64,000 bases of DNA from assembly GCA_032718475.1 (NCBI GenBank), contig JAUCBJ010009018.1, positions 1-64,000 of the forward strand, read 5' to 3'. The notes under the pieces were generated by a model that worked only from the letters and a program-made list of their open reading frames with translations, searched no databases and was not told where the DNA came from. Shown in pieces: positions 47,106 through 60,100 of this stretch. Each line of letters opens with the position of its first letter. Position 1 is the stretch's first letter. Source of the DNA: Nemertoderma westbladi (Eukaryota; Animalia; Xenacoelomorpha). Position numbers and translations under genes: made by a program.

Positions 47106-47478
47106 AGTCCAAGTATGACGTCAGAACTTTTGGGGGGGGGGGGGGGGAGGAAAATCTGATGACGTGCTGATGAGGGGAGGGCAGAGGGGGTCTGCCAAAA
47201 TCTGATCAAAATGTTCATTTATAGGTGCTAGAAGAGAAATAGCAGAAGAGTAAATAGCTTGCCTATTTTAATTGTTCGAAGCCCCCGAAGGCCTGTAGCA
47301 CGACCTTGTGTTTCAGTTACCAGTCACCATCTTTCAGTGATTAGGACGCGAAAATTTTTTTAATCTGATTTAGGGGAGGGGGGGGGGGGTCAACGCCTAT
47401 CTGATGACATCTGATTTAGGGGAGGGAGGGGGTCAACATTTTGGGGAAAAGTGCAGACGTCATACTTGGACGACCCCT
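47106..47478. mobile_element. MITE with GTCCAAGTATGACGTC inverted ends
   Basis: GTCCAAGTATGACGTC at about 47107 and GACGTCATACTTGGAC at about 47456, with G-rich internal repeats. Confidence 0.6.
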
Positions 47479-49723
47479 TGCACTGGGAGCTGGTGCAGAA
47501 ATGTGCTACGCCTGGCAGCCTGGCAAGGTGCTGAAAGGGCTAGCGCAGAGTATTTAATGAATACATCGGCAATGATAGAGTTGCTGCACTCGGCGAGATT
47601 TTAGAATTGAGGCATAGCTTTGGCATAACTTGGTGCCGCATTCGGCACAGAAAATAAAACTTTTCAATATTGAGTCTGGCTATTGATTGTTGTATTAGGT
47701 CTACCAGTACTGTTCCATTGTACTCTGTACTCGTACAGTGGTATATTGCAGTATTGGGGGGTCTGCCCTGTGCGCGGCCTTTTTTACAATTTTGCTTAGT
47801 TCATAGATAGACAATCTGAGTCGGCGTGCAAAGCCTTCAAAATTGCATTGGCGCAGGGTGTTACACAATTGCTTTTCAGCACGCGAATTGCTTTAAAATT
47901 TTGTTGACACGCGGTTCGCTTCAAAATGGCATCAGCGCGTGGCACATATAACAATTTTGTGGCAGATTTGGGATGGATTCTGAACAGGCTGCCTGCATCA
48001 TTTCTGGCCTTGAGCAGACTGGCCTTGGCTGTACCATTGGTCCTGTTCGGATACGGGCTTTGGTCTATGCGGATGGTGTTCTTTTGCTTGCGACATACAT
48101 CAGCTTGGGATACTGATAGTGAACATATGGTGAACAGATTGTAATTTGAGGCTTCACTTATGGGGTTGAGTTTTGAGGTCTCTAACAGTCTAAATAAGAT
48201 GGTTTATGGCGAGTCAGAATCATAGAAGACGTACCGGTATGGGCTGGGGGCAGGGGGGTGATATCTGAGGTATATTAGTATGTAACATGTTTACATGGTT
48301 GCTTAGCAATCTATATTGGATAGTCAGCTGGTGGCTGGGTATGTCAGTATGCGGTATGGCATGACAGTTGTCCTGTAACATTATATGCAATACTGCTATA
48401 CCGGTACATATAACTATATATTATATCTGTATATCTGTATATGGAAGTATTATATGACTATTATATGTGTATTATATAAATATATTGAAAGACATAACAT
48501 GGCGCAGTGTGTTTTTAGCCAATTCGGCAAACGAACCAACGAACGGTCATTCGCGCAGGTGCGCGTCCGAAGCCTGGCCACCCAGTACCGCATGATTTTT
48601 AGCGGTTATGCTCGTTGCTCTCCTCTAACTGTCTAAGTCATACCCACTTCCACGTCTGATGACGCTACTCCTGACACCTGAAAGCAAGGTTACCGTTACA
48701 TACGATATTAAAACGATATTAAAATGATAATCAATACCGGTATGGATATGGATATTAATATCTAATATGGAGTTCATTTCAAGCTGTTTTTCTCTCAAGT
48801 CCTTGTTCTCTGAGAGAATATAAACCGAACCAGTGACTACTAGCGTTGCTGTCCGGTAGTACATCATGCAGTCCAGCAGTCATGGCAGGCCATATTTCCC
48901 CCCCCCCCCCCCCCCCCCCTCCCGGACCCCAGCAATTTCAGGTTCATCCGGAATCCGGACATTGCCGGCGTACAGGCCAGGCAGATAGGCGTAGCACATT
49001 TGCCAGTTCCCGGAAGCCTGCCACCTGCTGACCTGCGGGGCAAGTTGAAATGATGCACCGAATGTGTTCGCTGTCTCCTCCGTCTGGCTATTCGCAGTTC
49101 GGCGTGCATGTAAAACTTGTCAGTCAGTCAGTACCGGTAGCAAGCTGAAAGCTGAAGAGGACTTAGCACCATACGGTAGGCAGTAGGCTATCCAGTATCC
49201 AGTATCGGTCAGCCGGTAGGCCTACCTCTGTACCTGTCTGCTTACCGACAGAACGGCAGGCAGGCAGGCTGGCAGCGGCAGGCCTACAGCTACCGACAGT
49301 CTGGTGACACAGCATATTTTGCCTTCTGGCCCCCTGAAGGGCCTTTCCACTAGATTTTATGTCAGACGCTGCATTCGAGATTCGAATAGGTACAGTCAGA
49401 CAGTAGGGCAGTAGGCCTACTGTAGATACCGGTAGCTAACTGCATTCTACTGTTCTACTACATCAGTACATACCGGTATATGGTAACATACTAACATACA
49501 TAGGCCTACTGCTGTACTGCAGTACTGAATAACAACATTCTGACATGAGTTTTACTTAGGCCTACCACTTACTGTAGGTTAGTTAGACAGTAAAACTATA
49601 GCACCCATCATACTGTCATATCATAGTACTGTATGCTGTAGTAGGCCTACAGTCAGAGGAGTCCAGCAGTCTGACAATTGTTGACAGTCTTCATGCATGG
49701 CCTACCTTCAGGCTGTCAGGTAT

Positions 49724-50617
49724 GTACTAAAAGGTAGAAAGATCTATACTGCTATAACAGTATAACCAGATAACGGGCTATAACCAGAACAATCTATAAC
49801 GATAACGGGCTATAACTTATTCCTATAAACAAGCTATAACCACCTATAACGAGCTATAATATGAAAATTTACATTAAAAAAACGCCCCTTCTAGCCTTGG
49901 GTGTGTTTAACTTTTGGATTAACACGGTGGTCTGAAAAATACCGCAGGTTAAATGTTAGGGTAGGCCTAAGCCTATGCCTAATTGATACTGGTAAGGTTT
50001 TTTTTTATTTGGCTATATTGCTCACTATATTCCTGTATTCTATATCGACCAGAAGCTGACAGCGGATAGCAGAATGGAGGATAGACAGAGAGATGGGAAC
50101 CTCTCCACTGCGCTGCACTGTCTGATAGTCAGATCAGGGGTGTAAACGCTACGCCGACAGCCGACAACCACTGCCGACAACAGCAAAAATGAAAATGTAA
50201 CTTGAGTTCGTGACTCTCGTTTATTGTTTTGGTTTAGAATAACCTTACACTGTAACCTGTTCCCTTCCCTAAATTAATAATTAACATTAATTAGCTTTAA
50301 TAATGGTTGTCTGCGTTGGTTGTCGGCTGTCGGTTGTCGGCGTAGCGTTTACACTCGATAATCAGTAGTGGGATGCTGACTAATGCAGTAATGACTATGA
50401 TTTCGTGATACCACAAAGATGAAAAACATTATGGACTAAAAAACCAAATTGTGTAATTAAATTACTGACTAGGAAAATAAATCCATTCTAAAATAGGTTT
50501 TTTTTATTGTAAATTTTCAGATTATAGCTCGTTATAGGTGGTTATAACTTGTTAAAGGAAGTTATAGCCCGTTATAGATCGTTATATCCCGTTATAGATC
50601 GTTCTATCTTTTAGTAC
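49724..50617. mobile_element. MITE with CTATAAC subterminal repeats and a nested MITE at 50139-50353
   Basis: GTACTAAAAG.TAGAA.GATCTATA mirrors TATAGATCGTTCTATCTTTTAGTAC. The nested element has GTGTAAACGCTACGCCGACA and TGTCGGCGTAGCGTTTACAC. Confidence 0.7.
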
Positions 50618-51099
50618 GTCCTACCTTCATATCTTGAGTGCTTGAAATTGAGATTTTATTACATTACGGTACCGTACAGTATTGCAGTACAACAGTAGGA
50701 TATTATACTAGAGTGTACTACCATTATCATCAGACCATACAATAACAATACCCAGTATATTACCGGACTACTAGCTAATGCGCTAACCAACAATATCGTT
50801 TATTGTTTTGGTTAAGAATAGCCTCCCTCTGTAAACTGTTCCCTTCCTTTCAAGCAGATTGGTAACTTAATTTTCCCATGATCAATATTGCCAACCTTCT
50901 ATCTATCTATAGTTATTTTTGTCTGTAGGCTTTTGTCTGTTTCAGTCGGGCACTTTGTAAATATTGAAATATGTCAATATTGACATATGTACAGTGTGAA
51001 ATTCTCCAGGACGGGGAATGTCAAAATTGACATGGACATGTCAATATTAAAATTTTTTTACCTGGCGTGTTCAAATTTTTACAGACGTGTTTTTTAGCG

Positions 51100-51230
51100 G
51101 AATGCTTAGCGGAGCATGCACCAATTACTCTCCTTCTAGAACACATGCTATGTGTTTGATACAACCCTCACATTTGAAGAACACTTAAAATCAACTCCTC
51201 CAAACGTGTCCAACAGGGGGACCCAATGTT
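51100..51230 (+). mobile_element. Small non-LTR RT fragment (CRE-like)
   Basis: INSSKRVQQGDPM motif. Confidence 0.4.
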
Positions 51231-51309
51231 TTTTGTTGCCCCTACGGAAAAACAAAATCAAAAAGTCAATTAATGTTCCACCTGAACAGTGGTAGCTAGT
51301 CATAATTAC

Positions 51310-52010
51310 TTTTCGCGCTTTTAGACCTTTAACAGTTGTTTAACCTGCTAATTTATGTGTCTTATGGTGTCTGACAGCCCGTACAAAATATGACCACAGC
51401 AGAAGCCAGTCTAGCGCGGCTTATGACCCACCGTGTATGTGGGAGACTGAATTCTATGGCCGAGAATGGGGTAGGCTACTTTGTATTATTCGATATACAG
51501 TATAATCTCCAAAAACTATGTTTACTTTCAGGGCAATATCAACAGTTACTTTAGATGCTGCGCTTTAAATACAGTATCAGACAGAGTTATGACTTATACT
51601 AATTACAACTGAGGGTTATGAAACGTCACAGTGTTTACATTCTTTAGGAATGTATAATTATTCGCTCGCACTCACTTTACTGACAATAGTACTGAAATAC
51701 GCTAATTTGCCGACTGTTACCAATTTTACTCATATATACGCTAATTTGCCGACTGTTACCAATTTTACTCATATATAAGGATAAATTTAGCTCACTTACG
51801 GTGGGGTTATGAAATAGCACAAAATTCATACAGACCACTGTAATTTGAGCCAAGCAATTGCTACTAATGTTCCCTTCTGCTTTCCTCAATAATAAAGAAA
51901 GTTAGGGGGAATTATCGATTATTCGTAAGTATTCTCCAAATATAAACATCCATTAAATATGTTACCAAACAACAATGAATAACAGTACAAAACAGTATAA
52001 AATTATGTGG
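51310..52010 (-). repeat. Diverged partial LTR (R/U5 side) of a third related element, C
   Basis: TTCGCGCTTTTAGACCTTTAACAG, GAAGCCAG, TGTATTATTCGATA, AATATCAACAGTTACTTTAG and GTATTCTCCAAA are collinear with LTR A 5552-6260. The inner boundary is approximate. Confidence 0.8.
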
Positions 52011-52177
52011 TGGCGGCAGTTAATCAACAGTCAGATGTGCCATTATAACAGTCTGAGTTTTGGATGTCAGTACAGTATGTGTTTACGAGAGGTAATTGAC
52101 TGTGCTTGATAGCCATCTGGCCGCTGATGGTTTTGGGCAGAAGTTAGAATGAATGATTTTGTTGCACTGCGGCATAT

Positions 52178-53203
52178 TCATGATACAAGTAAACAAGGCC
52201 TCAAGAAATCGTAAAGTGAAAATTTAAATTGTTCTTTAATAGTTCGAGTTTCTACTAGTGGATCAATAACTAAACAACCTTCAGATTTTGCAATGATAAA
52301 CTGCAACCCAGAAGCAGTATGCTGACCATGAATGTCTGTATCTTCAGTTCCAATAGGCCTACCACCATACGAATAGTCGGGGCTGTCGTTTTCCCGTTTT
52401 TCGACAACAAAATAATCTCCAGATGGTTCATAAGAATTATCTTTGTCATCTTGTACAGAGAGAACAACTTCATGTTGCCTTTCTAATGCTTGCCGTTGTT
52501 GCTGATTTTGTTCACTCACTATCTCCCTTTGACTATTTAATCGATCTAATACAAAATCGATATTATTTAATTGTTTCATTTTATTGTTTACAGCTTCATG
52601 CATGGCTTGCAGATTTAAAGAGGACTCGTTTAATCTTTCCCTGTAAAGGGAGTCCTCGTTCGCCCGGGAGACTTTCCCTTTCACCCCCATGGGCCCCATG
52701 TCCCTCACCAACTCAACCGAACCGATGGACACGGCCGGCCATGAGGCGGCAGGGTGTCCATCAAGAGAGTTGATGATGGGAGACAAACTGGGGCCCAGAG
52801 TATGAATGTTATGTGGGTGGGCGAAGGCAGTGCTGTACATTATGTCTGCCAGCAAAGGGGTTGGTCGCACCTGTTTAGGTCGAACAGTGGGCGTAATTAT
52901 TCTGTCCCTATATACTGTAGAAGTTTTAAGATGTAGACTCGCTGTTTGGCTATTCGCTACAGTAGTTGTCGTAATGCCAAAGGGTGTCAATTTGGTTTGG
53001 GTCACATTAGCCGCTGATGTCACGTTCGGCTTGGAAGGATTTATTAATAAACCAGTACGGGGAACCATGTTTGGCGCTTCTAGAGGTGTATTAATAGGTC
53101 TAAAAAAGTCAGAGTCAGTTCTGGGTCCTTGGGGATTTTTAATGGAATTAGCGGGATGTTGAGGTGGCAGTTCTGGCAGGTGGTGGCGTTCAGCTCGTTC
53201 CAA
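52178..53203 (-). CDS. Chimeric ORF: Gag-like segment fused in frame to a zinc-finger-gene-derived segment
   Basis: RHHLPELPP resembles Gag RHKLPDLPP. 52224-52473 is a close copy of 42625-42871. Expression is unknown and the annotated start is non-ATG. Confidence 0.55.
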   Translation of the reverse strand: MERAERHHLPELPPQHPANSIKNPQGPRTDSDFFRPINTPLEAPNMVPRTGLLINPSKPNVTSAANVTQTKLTPFGITTTTVANSQTASLHLKTSTVYRDRIITPTVRPKQVRPTPLLADIMYSTAFAHPHNIHTLGPSLSPIINSLDGHPAASWPAVSIGSVELVRDMGPMGVKGKVSRANEDSLYRERLNESSLNLQAMHEAVNNKMKQLNNIDFVLDRLNSQREIVSEQNQQQRQALERQHEVVLSVQDDKDNSYEPSGDYFVVEKRENDSPDYSYGGRPIGTEDTDIHGQHTASGLQFIIAKSEGCLVIDPLVETRTIKEQFKFSLYDFLRPCLLVS

Positions 53204-53711
53204 GCGTCTTCCTCTTCTGGAAGTTCTGGAGGTAAAAAGTGATTAGGCGAAATCTGCTTAAAATTTGCTAATACAGTAATACTTTCGAATTAGTACTTAA
53301 ATTAAATTTAAGTCACGTGCTGCGCGAAGGCCCCACTTCGTGTATTGTAATACAGTAACAAAGATAATATTGACACAAATACAATCTTGGCGAATTTATA
53401 TTAGTAATTGTTAAATATCTATTACAGATAGCAGCAGAGGTTACAATGGCATGTCATTATATAATCAAAACAATAAACGAAATCAATATAGCAGGTTAAC
53501 GTATAAATTGGTCGTAAATACCGGTATATCAATTATTTTAAAATAACTGAATTTCTGAATTTCAAGGGTTACTTGGTTACTTTACTTACTTTATTACCGT
53601 TATTTGAGCAGTAATCCAACTGATATTGAGACCTAATGGTTGTATGGTAGGTCTACTATTTATAAATCGTTAGATTTGATTTATAATATATATATACCCG
53701 TTTTAATGGGT

Positions 53712-56247
53712 TCCACCAGTTCTGGAAGAGGTATAGCACTCGAATTGTTTGGTCCTGTTTTCCTTTGACTGAGTGTCCGACTGTTGTTTTTCTATGGATT
53801 CGATTTCTTTTAATATGATTTCTCGTTCCATTTCAGTTTGTCTTCTTTGCTGTTCCGCTAAGAACTGATTCTCGCGCCTTTGTTCCTCCGCTTCCAGTTT
53901 GCGTTCTTGTTCCTCCGCTTCCAGTTTGCGTTTTCGTTCTTGTTCCTCCGCTTCCAGCTGGCGTTTTCTTTTCTCAGCCTCATACCCATGCCGTAATCAT
54001 TCATCTTCTACCTGATTGATTGTCTAATTGTTTTAATTTATTTTGTTTTTCCTCTTTGATCCGATCCATATTCGCCTTTCGTTGGCTTTCTGAATCCATT
54101 TCTTGGTCGATATCCCTTAGAATCTTCTTGGTTGTGGGACTAGTCAGGAGGTGCCCACGTAATCTCCTTATGAGCTCTTCTTCCCCCACTCTCTTTATAT
54201 AATTTTGCGGATAGTGTTTGCGGATTGTGTCTTCTTGTGCTGCTTGAGTTTCGGGTTCAGTCTGTGAATACCCTTCAACGTCACAGACACCAATTATGGA
54301 CGGATGATTGGAATTCAAAACTACGGGTTGAGAAGGTTCCTCTTGGAAGGAGAGGCAAGTATGTGATGAGATGGCGAATTTTCTTATATTCTCACTGGAT
54401 GTGGTCTCTATCACTGCAGCTCCTGTCCGAACGGCGGATTGGTGGAAGGCGGAAAGGATTATTCGTATACGTATGATTCTCTCCTTGATGTCATAGAAGA
54501 GAGACGGGGTGTTATCTATGTTTGGGTCCCATAAGATGGTTTCAAAGCCGGAGATTTGTTTGGCAAATCCGGCTTGAAATCCTCTCAGGGTCCTTCCCAC
54601 CTTTGTAATGTCTGTGGGATCCGCTGGTACCTTCAATGCCGTCAGTTCATCAGAGGTGGCAGAATGTAGTGGAAAAACTTATCCAGCGAAGGATAATCGT
54701 AATCCCGCAATACAGCGTGTTGCATCTCTGTGACGGACATGGAAAGTATCTGAACTTTCAATCCCCTTTCGGTGGCTCGATAGTTGTCAATGGCCCTTAG
54801 TAGGCCGATTAATAAACCTGGGGAAGGGGCCATAAGAGGGTCCGTTCCTGTTGGCAGGTTCAATCCTGTGTCTGTGTTGACTTCCATCTGGTCTAGGTTG
54901 GAAGTCGCAGTCACTCGCGGTCGGTCTGGTTCTGTCTCGAGGCCAGTAGTGGATTGGTTAGTTCTGGTGACAGGGGGTGGTCAATTTAATTTTGAGGGCA
55001 TAATGGGGTTGCCTAACTGATTCGAATTGGAATACTCCGGCTCGGACAATTCTCCAGTCGGAGATCTGTCCGGGTCGGAATGTATCGGTATCGCAGTCAC
55101 ATCAAGATTAGCGGCTTGTTCACTAAGGGAACTGTCTGAAGCGCTCTTGTTGATACTACTACTACTAGGTCAAGCGAACTCGGAAGGTGGAAATGAGATC
55201 CATCCAGGCTTCCAGATTCTCCATAGTTGTCGCAATTTCATTTCTCCCAAGTTCAGTATCCCTTTCAAGTTGATCTATATATGTTATGGCTGGTCGTCCA
55301 CGACTACGCTTTCCATGAGTTGGTTGCCAGAAAAGTAGATCTGGTATGACCTCGTCTTTACTTCGCCAGCAGTGCCTACTGAATCTTAATCTGCGTTCAC
55401 GGAAGGTGGTTGATACAGGTGGTATTGTACCATAAAGCTCGGCGTTTGTCATGTGTTGTCTCCAGCTGATGTTTAGGGCTGCCCTTAGTAGTCTTGTGTA
55501 GCAACCATCAATTCGTTGTTCAAGTGATTTAGTCAGTGTCCAGGTCTCACCCCCGTATAAAAATACACTTTCCACTGTGGCTCGAAAGAACTTCAGGTGC
55601 CTGGAGAGATCTGATTTCCAGATGGTATCCATTTTTGATAGAGCTACCCAAGCCTTTGCTTTCCTAACTTCTATGTCGTTTTTGCTACTCTCTATCCATG
55701 ATCCAAGGTACTGGAAATCATCGACCTTCCTTAGTTGATTATTATCAATGCTTGTCAAGTTTCCATCAACATTAAAGGTCATGAATTCGGTCTTTGTAGC
55801 ATTTATATGCAATCCAACCTCCTTAGCAGCCCTCTCCACTTTATTTAGTAGAAGCTGTGCATCTGCTAGCGTATTAGAGAGCAGGGCGATGTCATCCGCA
55901 AAGTCGGTGTCTGTGACTGTATTCGCCGGATATCTACTACTTCTGCGTTCTTGAAGTGTGAATCCCAGATCTTCACCCTTTGTGGCCGTCCTCATTGCGT
56001 AATCCAGCACAATTACAAATAGTAATGGTGCTAATGTGTCACCTTGCAGTACGCCGGCCAGGATTGATAAAAACTCAGTTTCACCATCTGGTGAGAGTAC
56101 CTACGCTTCTGTGTCACAATATAACAATCCAATGCCAGCAACAATTACTTCTGGTATTCCATAAGCTCTTAGGATATCAAGCGTTTCAAGCAAGGGAACT
56201 GTCTGATACTTGTTGTTGTTGTTGTTGATACTTGAATGATAAGACAT
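53712..56247 (-). pseudogene. gag: Decayed gag N-terminal region of element C (interrupted by a LINE)
   Basis: IKERIIRIRIILSAF and GEEELIRRLRG align with element B VRERILRIRLILSAF and GDEELRRRLDG. Repeated EAEEQERK coil. Candidate ATG at 56247. Confidence 0.75.
55156..56182 (-). mobile_element. 5'-truncated RTE-like LINE with (TAG)n tail
   Basis: DFADDIALL, FQYLGSWI, LYGGETWTLT, RRLRF..HCWR and RGRP. The stop codon runs straight into TAGTAGTAG. TTGTTGATACT flanks both sides. Confidence 0.9.
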
Positions 56248-57187
56248 TTTTACTTAATTTTATTCAATTTAATTTTATTTTATTAACCCTTTAAGTGGTT
56301 ATTATGCCTTAGCTTTATTATCGACTATTTATTGTAACAACAATAATATATTACAAATAATTATTACAATCGCACCCAAAATAAATTACACGGGATTAGA
56401 ATAATTAGTTTTTAGTTCACAAATTAACAATCACCGGTAAATAATAAATATAGGACCGGTAAATTATTTGTCAAGAGTAATGAATGCTGTGATAAATATT
56501 CTGTTCCACCACTTGGTGGGGAAAATTATCAGGTTTAACTCTCCACAAGCAAGGATGTCACCACAAGGCAATGAATTACCTCCTATTGGTTTAAAGGTTA
56601 GAACAACTCAACAGTAAGGAAGGTAAGGCTACTGTACCTAGGTAGTATACCACTATTTATTTGCAGTGAAGGCGTGCAATTGTATTGCAGAAGGCAAGGT
56701 GTGCAATTATTGCTGAAGGAATTGCGTGCAATTATTATACCTACTAGGTAGAGTTGCGGCTGTCTGAAAGCGATGCAACAATAAAAAAATACAGAAACAT
56801 AAAAACACGTAAAAAAATTATTAATTTAAAATAATTTAGAGTTAAAATACAAAAAAACCGATTAAATTATCAGAGTTTAATATTTATTATTATAGTTTAG
56901 TTACAGCCGTATAATTATTTTTAGATTCTTAAAGATTTATCTATTATAACAAAGATTCTTCTTGACAACCGAAACTTTATTAATCATCTTCTTTACCAGT
57001 TCCGCGTTATTACCTATCCATTGTCTTGTATAATGGCTCGGTTAACATCGATATCATTTTATTGAAATCCGAGTGCCAAATATGCAAAATGGTCGCGGCA
57101 ATTATTATTGGTGATAGTAAAGGTAAATGTGAAGGTTTATATCGCAGCAGAAACGTTGTTGGAATGTCGTTACGTGTCGCTCACAGA

Positions 57188-60100
57188 TTAAACTTGGCAA
57201 CTGAATACCGGATGAGAGAGGATTCTTCTTGCCTTCGGTCTGTCCGCTGGATTTATTCTCAAACATTGGCGGATTAAGTCCTTGAGACTGTCCGATAGTC
57301 TATCTGCTATGTCTGGGTGGCTTTTAGAGTTGGCGATCTGCAAAAAAAAGGATGAATAAGTTATTACATTACCTATGGGTGGGGTAGCGATACTTCAATA
57401 ATTTTTAAACTTCTTTTATTTCATCTAGAGCAGATTTTTAACAAGATTCCAATTTTGAAAACCGGTTAGCAAGATCTGTCTTACTTAACTCGAGATATGG
57501 CTGTCTGTCCGTTTTACTGTCGGTTTGTCGGACAGTATGTCTGTCCATCAATAAAAAGCTTACTATCTGTCTAAAAAATTACCTGTATGGGTTTTCGGGG
57601 TCTGTGACTTCATTTCTGATTTCATTAATCAAATTTGGCTTTGTCGGTTCTGTCTGTATGCCTGTCACTCACTCTGACTGTCAAAATATAACCGACAGTC
57701 TGACAGCCAAACAGACAACTTGGAAGTCATCAAATGTTAAAATTGACACTCAAAATGAATTCTGCGACCAGGATAACCCATATAGCTTAACTATTAGCTC
57801 AATGGTGTGCCTTTTTCTTATATTTGACAGACAGATAGTCGGATAGTTAGAAAGACCGACAGACAGACATACAGAGAAACTAGATTTCATTAAAATTAAA
57901 ATCTGACCTCAGAAATGAAATATGCTTTCTTGTTGATAGATATATATTGACAGACATTCTCACATATTAAAAGACAATTTTTGCGCGGGAAGGTTAAAAT
58001 TTTAAAGACAATTACTGTATCTTGGAATGGTATTTATTCATTTCAACGAAATTTAAAATTTAATAATTTTTATTTATTAAATTATTATTATTATTAAATA
58101 AATTTAATAATAATAATAAAATTTAAAGAAAAAAATAGAAAAATAATTAACTACTTTGATAATAAAATTGGAAATAATCAATATACAAAAACTTTTGACC
58201 AATACTTTTATTCAACCATATATCCTAATTATAAATTCGAAATAACTAGTTATATAACTGATGTTTGTTCGAAGAGTAGTGTTTTTTAGTAATAGTAATA
58301 ATTTTATGCTACTAATTAGGACTAAATTATTATAACTATATTATTTAAAAAAAAAAATTTTAAAACAACCTTCAGTTATCGATTGACCTTTATACCAAAA
58401 ATTATTCAATGGGGTTCACGACTCAAATTCAAAACCAGATTAATTAGATGCAATAATATCACAGAAACACAATGGAGTTTACAGAATTCAATAAGATGCT
58501 AAAATAGCCGAGATATTGGTGTTTTCAGTTTAAAAATTATTCAAAATATGAAAACGATATGTGATTGGTCGTGACGTCACTATACGCCTCCGAATCCCAT
58601 TTATATCAACATTCAGATACCAAATACAATCTTTGTATAAATTGGGGCAGTTGGTTACTGCAGGGACTGCTACATTAGTACTGTAGTACAGCAGTACAGT
58701 GCAGCATGACAAAGCCTTGCCCTACTAATCAGTATTGGGGACTGCACTTACTACTGTATTGTACTGCTGTGCAGTTGTTAACGTTATAGCTAACCTCTAC
58801 CGGTAGGCGGTATCCCAACTGACAACTACAGAACTACGGCTGTAGGGTTCTCGCAGCAGTTCGGTTTCGGTCTAACGTTTGGTAGGCCTATGGTAGGTTA
58901 CTAGTGCCTGGTACCGTAGGCCCTATGTATGTAGTAAAATTTCTTCAAATTTCAAAATTGTTAATGAAAAAATTTATAATTTTCACCCCTCTTTCTATTT
59001 TCGATTCAGATTGGGTTTAGATTTGGTATAATTCTCGAGAGTGGGTCCAGATTGGGTTCAGATATGACTTAAGTACTATCCTTAAGTACTATCCTATAAT
59101 ACTGTATGTTAACTTAATGACGAGTAAAAAAATATTACTTCAGTATAACTATTTCTTTTATAAAAAGAACGTACTATTTTATTTGTCCGACGTTTTTATC
59201 CGCATTTTCGAGGAATAGCATTCTACTATTTCGAGGAAATGCGGATTATAAAGATGCCAAAAAAATAATTTATTTTTGTAGAAGATGTTGTTTTCTTTTA
59301 AAAATTCACCTTTTCTCCGCAAAAATGCGGATACAACTACTTTTTGCCCAAAATCAACCCACATTTAGTGTGACGGAATCCACTGGAGTTGGCAGTGGTG
59401 AATCCCGACCGGTGTGTGGATTGTACGCGTCGCTGCGTCCGTGGGCTGCTGAGCTGGTACTGGATATATTAGGCCGAAGGCCGTTGGAAATGACAGAGTT
59501 AGGTTGTCAGTATTAATAATCACAGTAATCGATAATAGCACAGTCTGAATATAATAGTATACAATACAGCGATTAGTGACGACGGTCAAAACTATTCCGG
59601 GCTCACAACTGTAAGGAAACCAACTAAACTAATAATCAACAATCACAACGGTTTATATCATTGACACATATTACATTAGCCCTACACTACAGGGTGGCCT
59701 TAATATCCAATAGATGCGCTCTATTCACCCTCAATGTGCTTTCCCGCTCACTATTGGCTTAACCTGATTAATTGTCACCTCACCACTCCCTGTTGCCGTT
59801 ATCCCTTCGTGCTAGCCTTACTAGCTTGTTTGTCCCTCCGAGGTGGTTTGACCTCCCTCTCTGTGGCTTACGGCGTATGCCCCCCCCCCCCCCCCCCCCC
59901 TGTTGGTTATGAGGTGAGATTATTATTGGTAATCTCACCTCACCAACTATATTGGTAAAATGCCAAAATCTCATTTTCGGTGGGTAATGAACGGAATTGA
60001 ATCCGCTTACATTTAGAATTATAATATTAATTATGAATAATATATTAAATACAATTATTGGAAGTTGAAGGTACATTGAGCACACCAGTAGCTACTGTAC

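Noticed and set aside
48385-49109. Short ORFs with poly-Pro or poly-Gly
   Set aside because: They derive from C/G homopolymer runs common in this window and have no recognisable domain or splice structure.
53225-53716. Insert in element C gag as a spliceable intron
   Set aside because: A pyrimidine tract plus CAG exists, but the donor is weak and the obvious splice does not restore the frame of the 52178-53203 ORF.
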